Shown: in pieces, positions 22,201 through 35,330 of the stretch
How positions within the stretch are numbered: the first letter of the stretch is position 1
How the letters are laid out: every line of letters begins with the position of its first letter
Assembly: GCA_963808625.1 (NCBI GenBank)
Contig: CAWEHK010000037.1
Span: 32,001-96,000, forward strand
DNA from: an uncultured delta proteobacterium
GTDB taxonomy: Bacteria; Desulfobacterota; Syntrophobacteria; Syntrophobacterales; Syntrophobacteraceae
Direction: 5' to 3'
DNA: 64,000 nt
Program-made: the position numbers and the translations under genes
The notes under the pieces: model-generated
Databases searched by the model: none
The model's input: the letters and a program-made list of their open reading frames with translations, nothing else
What the model was told of the DNA's origin: nothing

Positions 22201-22501
22201 GGTCCTTGAGCACCTGCTGCAAGAGTACTGGAACGGACTCGTGAAGCCGCTCCATTTCTTTCCTGAAACCTCGTTCCTGTATGCTCAGTTGGTGCTCCAG
22301 AAGGACAAGTCCCCGGAAGAAGCGCTCCGCAGAGCGGAGTCCACCTGGTCGGGAAGCGATTTCAACCGCGGCGAGGGCGAGGACCCTCACTTTCAGCTTT
22401 GCTTCAAGTCCTGTAACCCGCTCAATGCTGAGTTTCAGCGGCTCGCTATAACGGTCTTTCAACCGCTCCTGGCCAGCCAAAAAGAGGTATCTTCTCAATG
22501 A
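19247..22501 (+). CDS. recC: Exodeoxyribonuclease V gamma subunit (frameshifted)
   Basis: IIVVQSKGMERW, HSCHSPMREVEVL, PMRSIPFKVICLIGM, DDRYLFLEAIISAR. Confidence 0.93.
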
Positions 22502-22776
22502 GTATGGGCCAAGCCGTCACCCCACATGCACCAAGCCAAGGTTGATGGTCCCGTAGTTAAAGTCGTTATGCCAGAATCGGACCTAGTAATTTCCATGTGT
22601 TACGATGGCTTAAGGTGCCATTTTTCGAGCTTTTTACGAATTCATCGAGGTTAACCCGGGATTAGTTATGCCTGGCGACTGGTTGCCTGTCGGCTGATGA
22701 GCGCCATGAAAGGGCTTCCGGGTTGTGGTCACCTGAAATTTTACCTTGGCGACTGGTTGCCTGTCGGCTGATGAAC

Positions 22777-23076
22777 GCCCTGAAAGGGCTTTATAAAATA
22801 GCCCAGGGTCAGCCACAGCGCCACCCTGGGATGGGAAGCCCGAGATCCTTTTCCTTTACCCTGAAAGGTCAGTAAATCCGACACATTTCGGGAGGGGATA
22901 AACCCCTCCCCTACAGTCCGAACTCAAACATGTGCAGCTTCCGGATGAACACTAGCTAAATCGTTGTGTCGAGATGATTTATGTAACCCCTTCAGGGTAG
23001 ATATTCGCGTTGTGCTTGGCTCCCCAGGGTGGCGCTATCGCTGACCCTGGGCTAATTTATGGAGCCCCTTCAGGGC
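22777..23076. repeat. Palindromic REP/MITE-like element (GCCCTGAAAGGGC family), copy 1
   Basis: Left arm gccctgaaagggct..agcccagggt..gcgccaccctggg is inverted to right arm cccagggtggcgc..accctgggct..gccccttcagggc; homologous to 35331-35550. Confidence 0.8.
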
Positions 23077-23105
23077 AGAAATATTACAGAAAGAGACCAC
23101 CAACA

Positions 23106-26100
23106 ATGAATAATATTCGCGACTTCGATCTTTTGAAAAGCCCGCTTGCCGGAACGAACCTGATTGAAGCCAGCGCCGGAACGGGAAAGACCTACGCGAT
23201 TACGGGGCTGGTCTTGAGGTTGATCCTCGAGCGGGATATTCCCATCAACGAGATCCTGGTCGTAACCTTTACCGAAGCCGCGACGAGCGAACTGAAGGAT
23301 CGAATCAGAAAGCGGTTGCGCGAGGCCATCGAGAAATTTTCGGGGGGCGGCGCCAAAGATGAGCTGCTCGAAGAACTGGTGAAAAGCCACCCGGATTCGG
23401 CGGCCGCAGTGAGACGCCTGACCTGTGCGATCAATGACTTTGACCAGGCGTCCATCTTCACCATCCATGGCTTCTGCATGCGCGTCCTGCACGATCACGC
23501 CTTCGAGAGCGGGATGTTGTTCGATACGGAACTGGTGACGGACCAGGAGCTTTTGGTTAGAGAAATTGTTCATGATTTCTGGCGCAAACATTTCTACCGT
23601 GCGTCTCCCCTTTTCTTCAATTATGCGGTCGCCCGCAACTTCAATCCTGACAGCTCTTCGCGCCATGGTGGGCAGGAACATCGCGAATCCGTATCTCAAA
23701 ATTATTCCCCAGAGCGAAGTTCCCGACTGCTCCGGCTTCGAGACGGAATTCCGGCTTCATTTCGAAAAGGTTCGCGACGCCTGGTCGTCCGCAAAGCATG
23801 AAGTGGAGGGCATCCTCACAACCGCCGACGCCCTGAGCAGAACAAAATACAGAAAAGAGAGCATTCCCGGTTGGATTCAGGCCATGGATGCTCTTCTCGC
23901 CGGTGAAGGTCGTGACTGTGCCCTATTTGATAAGTTCGAGAAATTCACGGCAAGTCACATCCTGTCGGCGCTGAAGAAAGGGGGCAAGGCTCCCGCCCAC
24001 CCATTTTTCCAGCTCTGCGACAACTTGAGTATGGCGCAACAGCAGCTTGTCGACGGTTTCGAGCAATGCCTTCTCGGACTGAAGGTTGCATTCATCGACA
24101 CCATCCGCCATGAGCTTGCGAAAAGAAAGCTGGATAAGAACATCATCTACTACGATGATCTCCTGCTCCTGCTGGATCGTGCCCTGTGCGGGCCGGGTGC
24201 GGAGAACCTGGCGGCAATCGTGAGGAACAAATTCAAAGCCGCCCTCATCGATGAATTCCAGGATACGGATGCGATTCAGTATGCCATTTTTGAGAAGATC
24301 TTTGGCCGGGGACAGAGCACCCTCTTTCTCATTGGCGACCCCAAACAGGCCATCTACGGGTTTCGGGGCGCCGACATCTTCACCTACATGGAGGCGGCAA
24401 GGCGCGCCTCCACACGCTTCACGCTCGGCGAGAATTGGCGTTCCGAACCCGCCTTGATTGCCGCGGTCAATGCCGTCTTTGCCAATGCCGGCCTTCCCTT
24501 TGTTTACGAGGATATCGCCTTCAAACCGGTCCAGCCGGCGAAAAAGAAGGAACATGAACTGCTCGTGGTTGATGGAGAGAGGTTGCCCCCCTTACAGATC
24601 TGGTTTCTAAATGCCGACAGGATCGCTGAGGGCAAACCCATCACCAGAACGAGCGCTCAAGAGGTGATCCCCGATGCCGTGGCGGGAGAGATTTCGAGGC
24701 TGCTGACGCTGGCTCGGGAAGGCAAGGCTGAGTTGGGAAAGCGGCGCCTCGAGCAGGGGGACATCGCCGTTCTGGTAAGGCGCAATGCCGAAGCCCGCCT
24801 GCTCCAGGAAGCCCTGTCAGACCTCGGGATCCATTCTGTCCTCTATAACATCGGGAACCTTTTTGAGACGCCTGAGGCGCTGGAGGTCGAGCGTCTCCTG
24901 GCAGCGGTTGCCGACCCGTCGGACGAGAGGCTCCTCAAGATAGCCCTGGTCACCGAGATGCTGGGGATAAGCGGCGAAGAGCTGGATCAAATGATCAGAG
25001 ACGAGGCCCGATGGGAGGCATGGCTGATCAAGTTTGGGGAATACCATGAGATGTGGAACAGGCATGGCTTCTTCCGCATGTTCCGGCATCTTCTCGCGCG
25101 CGAGACGGTCCTGCCCCGCCTGATGTCTCTGGTCGATGGGGAAAGGCGCTGCACCAATATCCTCCACCTTTCAGAGGTCCTTCACCAGGCGACCATTGAA
25201 AGCAATCTCAATATGCTGGGATTGGTCAAATGGCTTTCCATCCAAAGAGACCCGGATACACCAAAGCTCGAAGAACATCAGCTCCGCCTGGAAAGCGACG
25301 AAAACGCGGTCAAGCTCGTTACCATCCACAAGAGCAAAGGACTGGAATACCCCATAGTGTTCTGTCCTTTCATCGGAGATGCATCGAAGCTGAGGTCGAA
25401 TGAGGCCCCTTTCACCTTTCACGATGAAGCCGATGGGATGAGGCTGACGCTCGACCTGGGTTCACCCGACCGCGGTGAGAACGTGAAGCTGGCGGAAAAG
25501 GAGCAACTGGCCGAGAATCTTAGACTGCTCTACGTCGCCATAACCCGCGCCAAGCACCGCTGCTACCTGGTCTGGGGGCGTTTTAAGGACGCGGCGAGTT
25601 CGGCTCCCGCCTACCTCTTCCACCAGCCCCTCGCCGAAGGAGCAGACAGCCTGCCGGATGCTGTTTCCGGACGCTTCCCGACGCTGGATGATAGGGCCTT
25701 GTGGAGCGATCTGGAAGGGCTTCAAAGGAAAGCGGGCAGAGCGATCGAACTCCTGGAGATGCCACTTGAAAGAGGAAAAATTCAGCCGGCATTTGAAGAG
25801 GAAACGGTTGCACTCACGTGCCGCAGGTTTGCGGGCGGCATCAATCGCGACTGGGGAATTGCAAGTTTTTCATCGTTGGTCGGCAACCAACCGCACAAGG
25901 CGGAATGGGCCGACCGCGATGAGCCGATCACAACGGAGGCTGCCATCGAGGAGACCATCGAAGAGGACCTTGGCGAGCCCGGTCCTCCATCACCAGGACC
26001 CCTCGATATGTTTTCCTTCCCGGGCGGGACCGCTGCCGGAATTTTCCTGCACGAGGTCTTCGAAGAGCTGGATTTTAGCGGGCAGGATAAAACCGTCAGG

Positions 26101-26847
26101 CAGGAACTCATCGCAGGCAAATTGCGAACTCACGGCTTTGAAAGCTTCTGGGTGGGTCCCGTTTGCGATCTGGTCGCGAAGGTCCTGCATGTTCCCCTGG
26201 ATGCGGGTGATGGCAGTTTTACGCTCGCCCAGATTCAAGGCGACGATCGACTGAACGAGATGGAATTTTACTTCCCTCTGCAGCGCATGAGCGAGAGCAG
26301 ACTCAAAGACCTTTTCAGCCGCACTATTCGGACTGCCAAAGAGGAACTGCTGGACCGGAACACTGGCAGTGTGAATGCGCCCGAATTGATCGCGAGGCCA
26401 ATCCCCCCCTTTCCTAAAGGGGGGCAGGGGGGATTTCCTGGCCCGTCCTCCCCCTTGGAACGCCTTAAATTCAAGCCCCTGGAGGGCTTTATGAAGGGCT
26501 TTATCGACCTGGTCTTCCGGTTCCGGGAGCGCTTTTACATTGTCGATTGGAAATCGAATTTCCTCGGCGGGCGGATCGAGGACTACGGTCCGGCAGCTCT
26601 AAACAAGGCTATGGAGGAGAGTTTCTACCACCTCCAGTACCATCTCTACACCATTGCAGTCCACAAATACCTCCAGACGCGAATCCCCGGATACCGCTAT
26701 GATTCCCATTTCGGTGGGGTCTACTACATCTTTCTGCGCGGGGTTGACCCGGCGAAGGGAACGGATTACGGCGTTTACCGGCACCGGCCGCCTGTAGCTG
26801 CTATCGAGGCGCTGTGTGCAAGTCTGATCGGGAAGGTTGCATTATGA
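23106..26847 (+). CDS. recB: Exodeoxyribonuclease V beta subunit (frameshift near 23650)
   Basis: IEASAGTGKT, ALIDEFQDTD, IGDPKQAIYGFRGAD, TIHKSKGLEY, nuclease GFIDLVF...DWKSN. Confidence 0.95.
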
Positions 26848-28736
26848 AGGATGAAGATCTCAACCGACTCGCTTCCACCGGGATATTTTCCTCTCTGGAC
26901 GTCCACTTTGCCAGGCTCATCACCCGTTTGAACCAGGGCTATGTTCCGGAACTGGCTCTTGCGGCCGCGCTGGTGAGCAGCTACACCCGGCAGGGCCACA
27001 TCTGCCTGGATCTGCGCGAACTGGGCGGGAAGCAATTGGTGAACGACCCCTCACCCGTGCTTTGCCCACAGGTTGCAGAATGGTGCAAAAAACTTCGCCA
27101 ATCCGATGTCGTCGGCCATCCTGGTGAATTAAAACCACTGGTCCTGGATCACGGGTCGAGGCTTTACCTCTATCGATACTGGCAATACCAGGAAGAACTT
27201 ACGGAATCCATCAAATCTCGCATTGCCGGCCCTCCGGCAGGGGTTGCAACCAACGCCCTGAAAGACCAGTTGGACCGGCTTTTTCCCTCCGATGGCAGAG
27301 GCGAGGTCAACTGGCAGAAGGTGGCGGGCTTCGCGGCGACCCGGCAAACCTTCTGCGTCATCTCGGGCGGGCCTGGGACCGGCAAAACCACAACCGTCGC
27401 CAAGATTTTGGCATTGCTTCTGGAGAAATCCTCTTCCGACACCCTTCGGATAGCCCTGACGGCGCCTACCGGAAAAGCCGCGGCAAGACTTCAGGAAGCC
27501 ATCAAGGGCGCAAGAGAAAAGTTGCAATGCCCGGAAGGGATCAGGCAGGCGATACCCGAAAACGCCTCGACGATTCATCGGTTGCTCGGGTCCATACGGG
27601 GTTCGCCCTATTTCAGGCATAACAAAGAGAATCCCCTTCCGGTTGACGTGGTAGTGGTGGATGAAGCCTCGATGGTGGACCTCGCGCTCATGTCCAAGCT
27701 GCTGCAGGCGCTTCCGCTGCAAGCTCGCGTAATTTTGCTCGGCGATAAAGATCAGCTCGCTTCCGTCGAGGCGGGCGCGGTGCTGGGAGATATCTGCGAG
27801 ACCGGTGAAAGGGCCTTCTTCTCGCAAGATTTTGCAGGGGAGCTCCAGGATGTGTGCGATTGCAGCCTCGACCCCGAGCTCCTCTCAAAAGACCTCACGA
27901 AAAAGCCCAAAGACTGCCTTATCCAGCTCCAGAGGAGTTACCGCTTTGCCGATGAAAGCGGTATTGGCCGGCTCAGCCAGGCGGTCAGGAATGGCGACGC
28001 TGAGCAGGCGATGGCTATCCTCAAGAGCGGGAAATTTCATGACCTGAGTTGGCATGCAAGGCACTCCGGAAGTTCCCCGGGCAAGGCCCTAAGAGATCAA
28101 ATCGCTGATGGGTTCAGAGGGTATTTCCAGGCTGTCGAAAAGATCAGGATTTACCGGAGCGGAGACCCTTACGCCATGATGGAGGAGATCTTTGCTCTCT
28201 TGGAGAATTTCAGAATCCTTTGCGCGGTAAGGGAGGGGTTCTCTGGAGTTGCGGCGTTGAACGCGCTGGTGGAGAATATCTTCGAGGAACAGCAGCTTCT
28301 GCAAAAAGACCGGAAATGGTATGTGGGAAGGCCCGTTCTCATAGGCCGCAATGACTATAACCTGCGTCTCTTCAACGGGGACGTGGGGATCTTTTTGCCG
28401 GACCTTTTCGCCGGGGCCGATGCCCGCGTCTTCTTCCCCGGCCAGGAAGGGAAATATCGGGCATTTCATCCTCTGAGGCTCCTCGAACATGAAACGGTCT
28501 ACGCCATGACGGTCCACAAGAGCCAGGGCTCAGAGTTCGACAAGGTAATGTTCCTTTTGCCCGACAGGGATTCCCCCGTGCTGACCCGTGAGCTCGTCTA
28601 TACGGCCATCACGCGGGCGAAACAAGCGGTATCCGTTTGGGGGTCTGAAAGCATATTCCAGAAGGCGGTTTCCCGATCCACCCGGCGGATGTCGGGATTG
28701 TCCGACGCCCTGTGGAGAAGCTCCGACCGGGAATGA
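26844..28736 (+). CDS. recD: Exodeoxyribonuclease V alpha subunit
   Basis: GGPGTGKTT, APTGKAAARL, VDEASMVD, AMTVHKSQGSEF. Confidence 0.95.
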   Translation: MKDEDLNRLASTGIFSSLDVHFARLITRLNQGYVPELALAAALVSSYTRQGHICLDLRELGGKQLVNDPSPVLCPQVAEWCKKLRQSDVVGHPGELKPLVLDHGSRLYLYRYWQYQEELTESIKSRIAGPPAGVATNALKDQLDRLFPSDGRGEVNWQKVAGFAATRQTFCVISGGPGTGKTTTVAKILALLLEKSSSDTLRIALTAPTGKAAARLQEAIKGAREKLQCPEGIRQAIPENASTIHRLLGSIRGSPYFRHNKENPLPVDVVVVDEASMVDLALMSKLLQALPLQARVILLGDKDQLASVEAGAVLGDICETGERAFFSQDFAGELQDVCDCSLDPELLSKDLTKKPKDCLIQLQRSYRFADESGIGRLSQAVRNGDAEQAMAILKSGKFHDLSWHARHSGSSPGKALRDQIADGFRGYFQAVEKIRIYRSGDPYAMMEEIFALLENFRILCAVREGFSGVAALNALVENIFEEQQLLQKDRKWYVGRPVLIGRNDYNLRLFNGDVGIFLPDLFAGADARVFFPGQEGKYRAFHPLRLLEHETVYAMTVHKSQGSEFDKVMFLLPDRDSPVLTRELVYTAITRAKQAVSVWGSESIFQKAVSRSTRRMSGLSDALWRSSDRE

Positions 28737-28836
28737 AAGCAGCGTTGCTCCGAAAATGGACTTCCCCTCTCCTTGTGAGCTCCCGGTCCGACTCGAAGCC
28801 CCATATATGCTTGTTAAGGTTGAAATGTCTCCTTTT

Positions 28837-28924
28837 TCACCGCAGAGAACGCAGAGGGCACAGAGAAATAATACCTTTAGAATTATTGGTTTTCTCTGCG
28901 ATCTCAGCATGCTCGGCGGTGAAT
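28837..28924. repeat. Palindromic element caccgcagag...gcggtg
   Basis: ttcaccgcagagaacgcagag...ctctgcgatctcagcatgctcggcggtgaa imperfect inverted repeat. Confidence 0.55.
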
Positions 28925-29102
28925 TTCTGGGTTTGCTGGAATGAAAGATCTCACCCCAACAACTATAACTAGATGTATTTCCAAACAGATAGGGCTTATG
29001 GCCTTGTCCGCCCCAGGCTTCGGGGTTAACATCTCTGCCGCGCGGACCCAGGCCGACCACGCAACTGGCCAGGGTCGTTAAAGATTTACGAGGAGGTACA
29101 TT

Positions 29103-30186
29103 ATGAACGACAATGCAGAGGAAACCTTATCTGCGGAAGATTGTACGAGCAATATTTTTGAGCTCAGCGGGGTGAAGCTTGATCCCGACATTGCTTCGGA
29201 TATGTGGCCGAAGATACTCCAGCACAAATGGCTCTTGTCGGAGAAAGTCGGCAGGGATGTGGGGTTCCGGACGGCCTGCATCGACTTCCTGGAAAACATG
29301 GATCAGGCTGTTGATGAGTACATGAGTTACCGGCAGCGCAACATCCTCAACGAGATGGGGGCGCAAACCGTCGGCCGGGAAATATGGGATACCATCTCGG
29401 ATTCTCAACCTCCGAAACAGTTGGTCCAGCGCAGGGTCATCCTTCCGCTGACGGAGGCGGACCTTTCCCGGAAGCACGGTGTGGTCCCCCCGAAAACGAT
29501 TTTCTTTTTCGGGCCTCCCGGCACCGGTAAGACTCATTTTGCCAAAGCCATTGCCGGCATCCTCTCCTGGTGGTTCATTGAGATCGCCCCCAGCATGCTG
29601 ATGGAGGATGGCGTAGAAAAGGTCGGCGCGAATTTGCGCCGGCTGATGGAAAAGGCACGGAGTCTCGAACGAAGCGGTGCTTTTCATTGATGAGTTTGAA
29701 GAGATTGCGGCGAGTCGTGATCAGGCGGACCGGATCGACAAGTCCATTACCAATGAGTTTCTGAAACAGATTCCGTTGCTCAAAGATCAGGGAAACAGAA
29801 TACTCCTGGTATGCGCCACCAACTATATTCGACAACTGGATGCGGCCATGCTTCGCCCGGGAAGATTCGATTGCATTATCCCGGTTGGCGGGCTGGATAA
29901 CGAAGGAAGGACGACCATCTTCCAGTACTACCTGGCCAAGCTCAACACCGGGTTGATTGACCTGGATCAGGTTGTGGACATGACCTCCAAATTTACTCCC
30001 GCAGATATTGAATATTTGTTCCACCAGGTAGCCCAGTTCGCCTTCGAGCAAGAGCTCGCCACGAAAGAGGACTATCAGGTCACCACGGAGACATTCATGG
30101 AGATCATCCCGGGGGTTCGCCCATCCCTGACTGATGAAATCATTGAAGAGTTCGAAAAGGACAGTGTCACCTATTCCCGGGTCTGA
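29103..30186 (+). CDS. AAA+ ATPase with DUF4032-like N-terminal segment (frameshifted)
   Basis: FGPPGTGKT, LFIDEFE, ATNY...LDAAMLRPGRFD; N-terminal ILQHKWLLSEKVGRDVG. Confidence 0.85.
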
Positions 30187-30951
30187 TGCTGAAAAGGTCA
30201 GTGAATTGCCATCAAGCGGAGAATCGAGAAAGTTCTATGGACGGTCTTTCACGGTCCCGAGAACTTTCTCGATTTGGTATGCGACCAAACTACGGTTTGA
30301 CGAAGATCATATGATCAATGATATGATCAAACACCCTGCGGCCTCTACGAATGGCAGCAGTCGTCGTAGTGGCCGCTCGTCAGAAGGATCTCGATATCGA
30401 TTGCATCAAGCTCTACGCGGCGCGTTTCATCTGCCACACCACCGGTCGCCTCAACACGCCTTCTCTCTTTGCCCACTTTCTTTTCTTTGACTTCCATGAC
30501 ACCCTCCGTATATCCAAAGTCCGACCATTCGGAATTTTAATTTCGATTTCAAGGTCTTGTTGCCAACGCTTGAAATATAAGGCGCATGGTTATGATGTCA
30601 ACATAAGCATATTGCAACATCTCCTCAGTGACCGCTTTGCAGGTGCCTGAGATGCTTCTAACTTAGTGGCACAATTAACGGTACGTTGACTCGCTTTCAA
30701 CCGACATCTTTAGAGACGCTCCAAGTCGAAAATCTGAAGTTGAGCAACCTCACGGAAAATCAGATTGCGAAATAGCCCATCCTTCGTTTTGGTCCGGCTC
30801 GGGCAGGGATTTTCTGGATGAGTTTGAGGTCGTCCTCCAGGATGAACCGGCCTTTCACCCATCAGGACGCGAAGTACGTTTTGTGGTCTTGGCCGGCAAC
30901 CATGGCATCGCGAACCGCAGGCACTCTGTCAGGTCAGGAGGTATGTTCATG

Positions 30952-31442
30952 TTACGGTGCCGGCCACCCCATGATGGGTACCGTGCTGATGCTGTTCTTC
31001 GGGCTCCCCTCGATCACGCGATCGCTGTACGCCACGTAAACCAGCACCTGGCGTTCGCGGTCGAAGAAGCGCACAACTTGAAGGGTCTTGAATACGAGGC
31101 TGCGGCGCTCGTCGAAAACGCGCTCGCCGTCTTTGAGCTCACCGACGATCCTGATCGGGCCAACCTGACGACAGGCGATGCCGGCATCACTCGTATCCTC
31201 CGCCACGCCCATCTGGCCTTTCACCCCACCCGTTTCCGCCCGGGAGATGTGGCAGGCGACGCCCTGGACTTTCGGGTCATCGAAGCCGTCGACCACGATC
31301 TTGTCGTTGGGCCCAAGCAACGGAAACGCGTGTTGACCGATCCGGTCGTGCCGCGGTCGGGGCGACTGAAGATCCACCATCCGAAGAGCACAACGACCAA
31401 AAGGATGCTTGCGCCGAGAATCATGCCGATCTTTTTGATCAT
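30952..31442 (-). CDS. creA: CreA family protein (frameshifted)
   Basis: [47 protein letters not shown]. Confidence 0.88.
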
Positions 31443-31531
31443 CAGTTGCCCTCCCTGAGTGCTTCCGGCCATCAAACCTGGTGCCGTTTGGTGGTGAGAG
31501 GCGGCGCCGGACGATGGCCGGCGATCACACC

Positions 31532-32070
31532 TTATTCGATGAATACAACACAGGAGATCACGGTCACATAGCCACCCTTCCTGCCATTGGCGACACAGGG
31601 GAAGGAGAGTGCTTCGACCACTTTCCCACTCATCAGGTAGATCTCCTTTTTCATCATAGTCTTTATCGGGATCGAATTCGACCCCCAGCGTCGTCGCAGC
31701 ATGGTGGACGCCAGGTCTTCAGCGAAATCACCACCTCGATTTCCTCTTTCCCGTACGCATGGAACTCACTGATGTAGCCGTACTGGTTCCTGTCAGTGGG
31801 AAAGGCAATGCCAACTGAGGCCCCGATCATCCTCCGATACTCATTCGTAGTGAGCCTTGCCACCACACAGAAGGTTATCTGCCCAGGTTGAAGGAGTTTG
31901 AGGCCCTCCTCCGGGTCGATGATTTCACAGTTCGGCGGCAAAATGCTCGACACTCTCACAATATTCTGCTTCTCGATCCTGGCATCCCGAAGCGCCAACT
32001 CGTAAGACTGAAGCTCATTTTTGTGAAACCCCACGCCCTTGGTGAAAAAAGCCTTGGTGGGCACGATCAT
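31532..32070 (-). CDS. pdaD: Pyruvoyl-dependent arginine decarboxylase (frameshifted)
   Basis: [34 protein letters not shown] (Ser-Ser cleavage site), YGYISE. Confidence 0.85.
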
Positions 32071-32100
32071 CGTTACGCTCCTTATGCTCCCCGAAATGCG

Positions 32101-32130
32101 AAAGGGGCTAGCTGCGTTAGCTAACCCCCT
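32101..32130 (-). terminator. Hairpin downstream of tRNA-Cys
   Basis: aggggctagc...gctaacccc(c)t inverted repeat followed by TTT on minus strand. Confidence 0.45.
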
Positions 32131-32138
32131 GGTTTTCA

Positions 32139-32213
32139 TGGAGGCGGCAACCGGACTTGAACCGGTGAATAACGGTTTTGCAGACCGCTCCCTTGCCACT
32201 TGGGTATGCCGCC
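32139..32213 (-). tRNA. tRNA-Cys (anticodon GCA)
   Basis: GGCGGCATACCCAAGTGGCAAGGGAGCGGTCTGCAAAACCGTTATTCACCGGTTCAAGTCCGGTTGCCGCCTCCA. Confidence 0.97.
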
Positions 32214-32254
32214 ACACTTCACGGTCTGTCTAACGGAAAACTAGGGTCCTGTCA

Positions 32255-33631
<1,377 letters not shown>

Positions 33632-33736
33632 TCACGAATAAATCTTGACCGCTATGAATAGCTTTTAAACCTAAATTACAATAGATCGCCATGTCTCCAT
33701 GCTAATCAATCCTAAAAGAAAGGGTGGCGTTGAATT

Positions 33737-34306
33737 ATGGGAACGACTCTGACCGCGGGTGACTTGCGTAAAGGGATCAAACTGGAGATCGATGGCGAGC
33801 CTTATATGGTCGTTGACTTTGAATTTTCCAAGCCGGGGAAGGGGCAGGCGCTCTATCGCTGTCGCCTGCGAAACATGATTACGGGATCGCAGTTTGACCG
33901 CACCTACCGTTCCGGCGATAAGTTCATGAGCGCGGACCTGGAAGAACAGCAAATGCAGTTCCTTTATCATGACGGTAAGCGTTACCATTTTATGAACACC
34001 AGCAATTATGACCAGCTCGAACTCACCGAGGAGCAGGTGGGAGACGCGATCAATTATCTCACTGAAAATCAGATGACGGACATGCTGCTTTTCCAGGGTC
34101 GTCCCATCGGCGTCAGTCTGCCCAACTTCGTGACCCTTAAGGTGACGCGAGCGGACCCGTGGCTTAAAGGCGACACGGCCGCCGGCGGCACGAAACCGAT
34201 CACCCTCGAGACCGGTTTTGTCATTCAGGGTCCGCTCTTTATCGAGGAAGGCGAAACCTTGAAGATCGACACGCGCACGGGGACCTACGTGGAACGAGTC
34301 AAATAG
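33737..34306 (+). CDS. efp: Elongation factor P
   Basis: KPGKGQA loop, KGDTAAGGTKPITLETG, IDTRTGTYVER. Confidence 0.96.
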   Translation: MGTTLTAGDLRKGIKLEIDGEPYMVVDFEFSKPGKGQALYRCRLRNMITGSQFDRTYRSGDKFMSADLEEQQMQFLYHDGKRYHFMNTSNYDQLELTEEQVGDAINYLTENQMTDMLLFQGRPIGVSLPNFVTLKVTRADPWLKGDTAAGGTKPITLETGFVIQGPLFIEEGETLKIDTRTGTYVERVK

Positions 34307-34314
34307 GCCCAACC

Positions 34315-35235
34315 ATGGGCGAACGCGAAATCCTGGCCGCCAAGCGAGCCCACCTCGAATTGCGCGCACGGGTCCTGCACAGTGCGCGCAAGTTCTTTTT
34401 GGATGAGGGGTTTCTCGAAGTTCAGACCCCTCTGCTCACCTCCGAATTGGCCCCGGAGCCTCATATCGAGCCGACCCCTGCGGGCGATAAACAGACCCTT
34501 ATCACCAGCCCGGAACTCTACATGAAACGCCTGCTGGCCGCAGGGTATGAGAAAATTTTTCAAATTTCTCCGGCCTTCCGCAGCGACGAGCGAGGTCGGT
34601 TGCATCATCCCGAATTCACCCTTCTCGAGTGGTACCGCACGGGCGTCGATTACAGTGCTCTGCAGGATGATTGCAGGGAACTTATCGCAGCCATCTGCAG
34701 AGGCACCGGGCGCCATTCCGGATGGTTTTTTCAGAAGCGGTGGCTGGAGGTTGAAGGAGAGTGGCAATGCTTGACGGTGCGCGAAGCCTTTCGCCGATTT
34801 GCCGGCTGGGACCCGGTCATGGAAGCAGATGAGAACCGGTTTGACCTTGACCTCGTGGAGAAGGTGGAACCCCTTCTCGGCTTTCCCCGGCCCTGCATCT
34901 TGAAAGACTACCCGGCAAGCCAGGCAGCCCTTGCCCGGCTGAAACCCGACGACCCCTCGGTGGCGGAACGGTTCGAACTCTACTGGGCCGGCATAGAATT
35001 GGCCAATGGTTTCAGTGAACTGACCGACGCCCGAGAACAGCGGCGCCGCTTTGAAGCGGTTCTTGAGATGCGCCGGCAGTCGGGTTATCCCCCCTACCCT
35101 CTTCCCGAGGCCTTTCTCGACAGCATGACTCACCTGCCCCCCTGCGCCGGGATTGCCTTCGGGATGGACCGCCTGGTGATGCTCCTGGCCAATGCCGACA
35201 GCATCGATGAGGTCGTTGCGTTTCCACCGGATTAG
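34315..35235 (+). CDS. epmA: EF-P lysine aminoacylase EpmA/GenX
   Basis: TSPELYMKRLLAAG, HHPEFTLLEWY, ELANGFSEL; adjacent to efp, lacks anticodon domain. Confidence 0.92.
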   Translation: MGEREILAAKRAHLELRARVLHSARKFFLDEGFLEVQTPLLTSELAPEPHIEPTPAGDKQTLITSPELYMKRLLAAGYEKIFQISPAFRSDERGRLHHPEFTLLEWYRTGVDYSALQDDCRELIAAICRGTGRHSGWFFQKRWLEVEGEWQCLTVREAFRRFAGWDPVMEADENRFDLDLVEKVEPLLGFPRPCILKDYPASQAALARLKPDDPSVAERFELYWAGIELANGFSELTDAREQRRRFEAVLEMRRQSGYPPYPLPEAFLDSMTHLPPCAGIAFGMDRLVMLLANADSIDEVVAFPPD

Positions 35236-35236
35236 C

Positions 35237-35277
35237 CCTTGGCTCTTGGCTGTTGGCTCTTAGCTCTTAGCTCTTGG
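35237..35277. repeat. Heptamer tandem tract (ctcttgg/ctcttag)n
   Basis: cccttggctcttggctgttggctcttagctcttagctcttgg after epmA stop. Confidence 0.7.
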
Positions 35278-35330
35278 TTCCCGGCCCCTTGAAATTATAC
35301 CCGCGACGGGCTGCCTGTCGGCCGATGAAT

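Noticed and set aside
30190..30950. Possible ncRNA or small genes between the AAA ATPase and creA
   Set aside because: No recognisable motif, RBS-supported ORF or convincing structure seen.
34315..35235. Second lysyl-tRNA synthetase
   Set aside because: Lacks the anticodon-binding domain and sits next to efp: EpmA.
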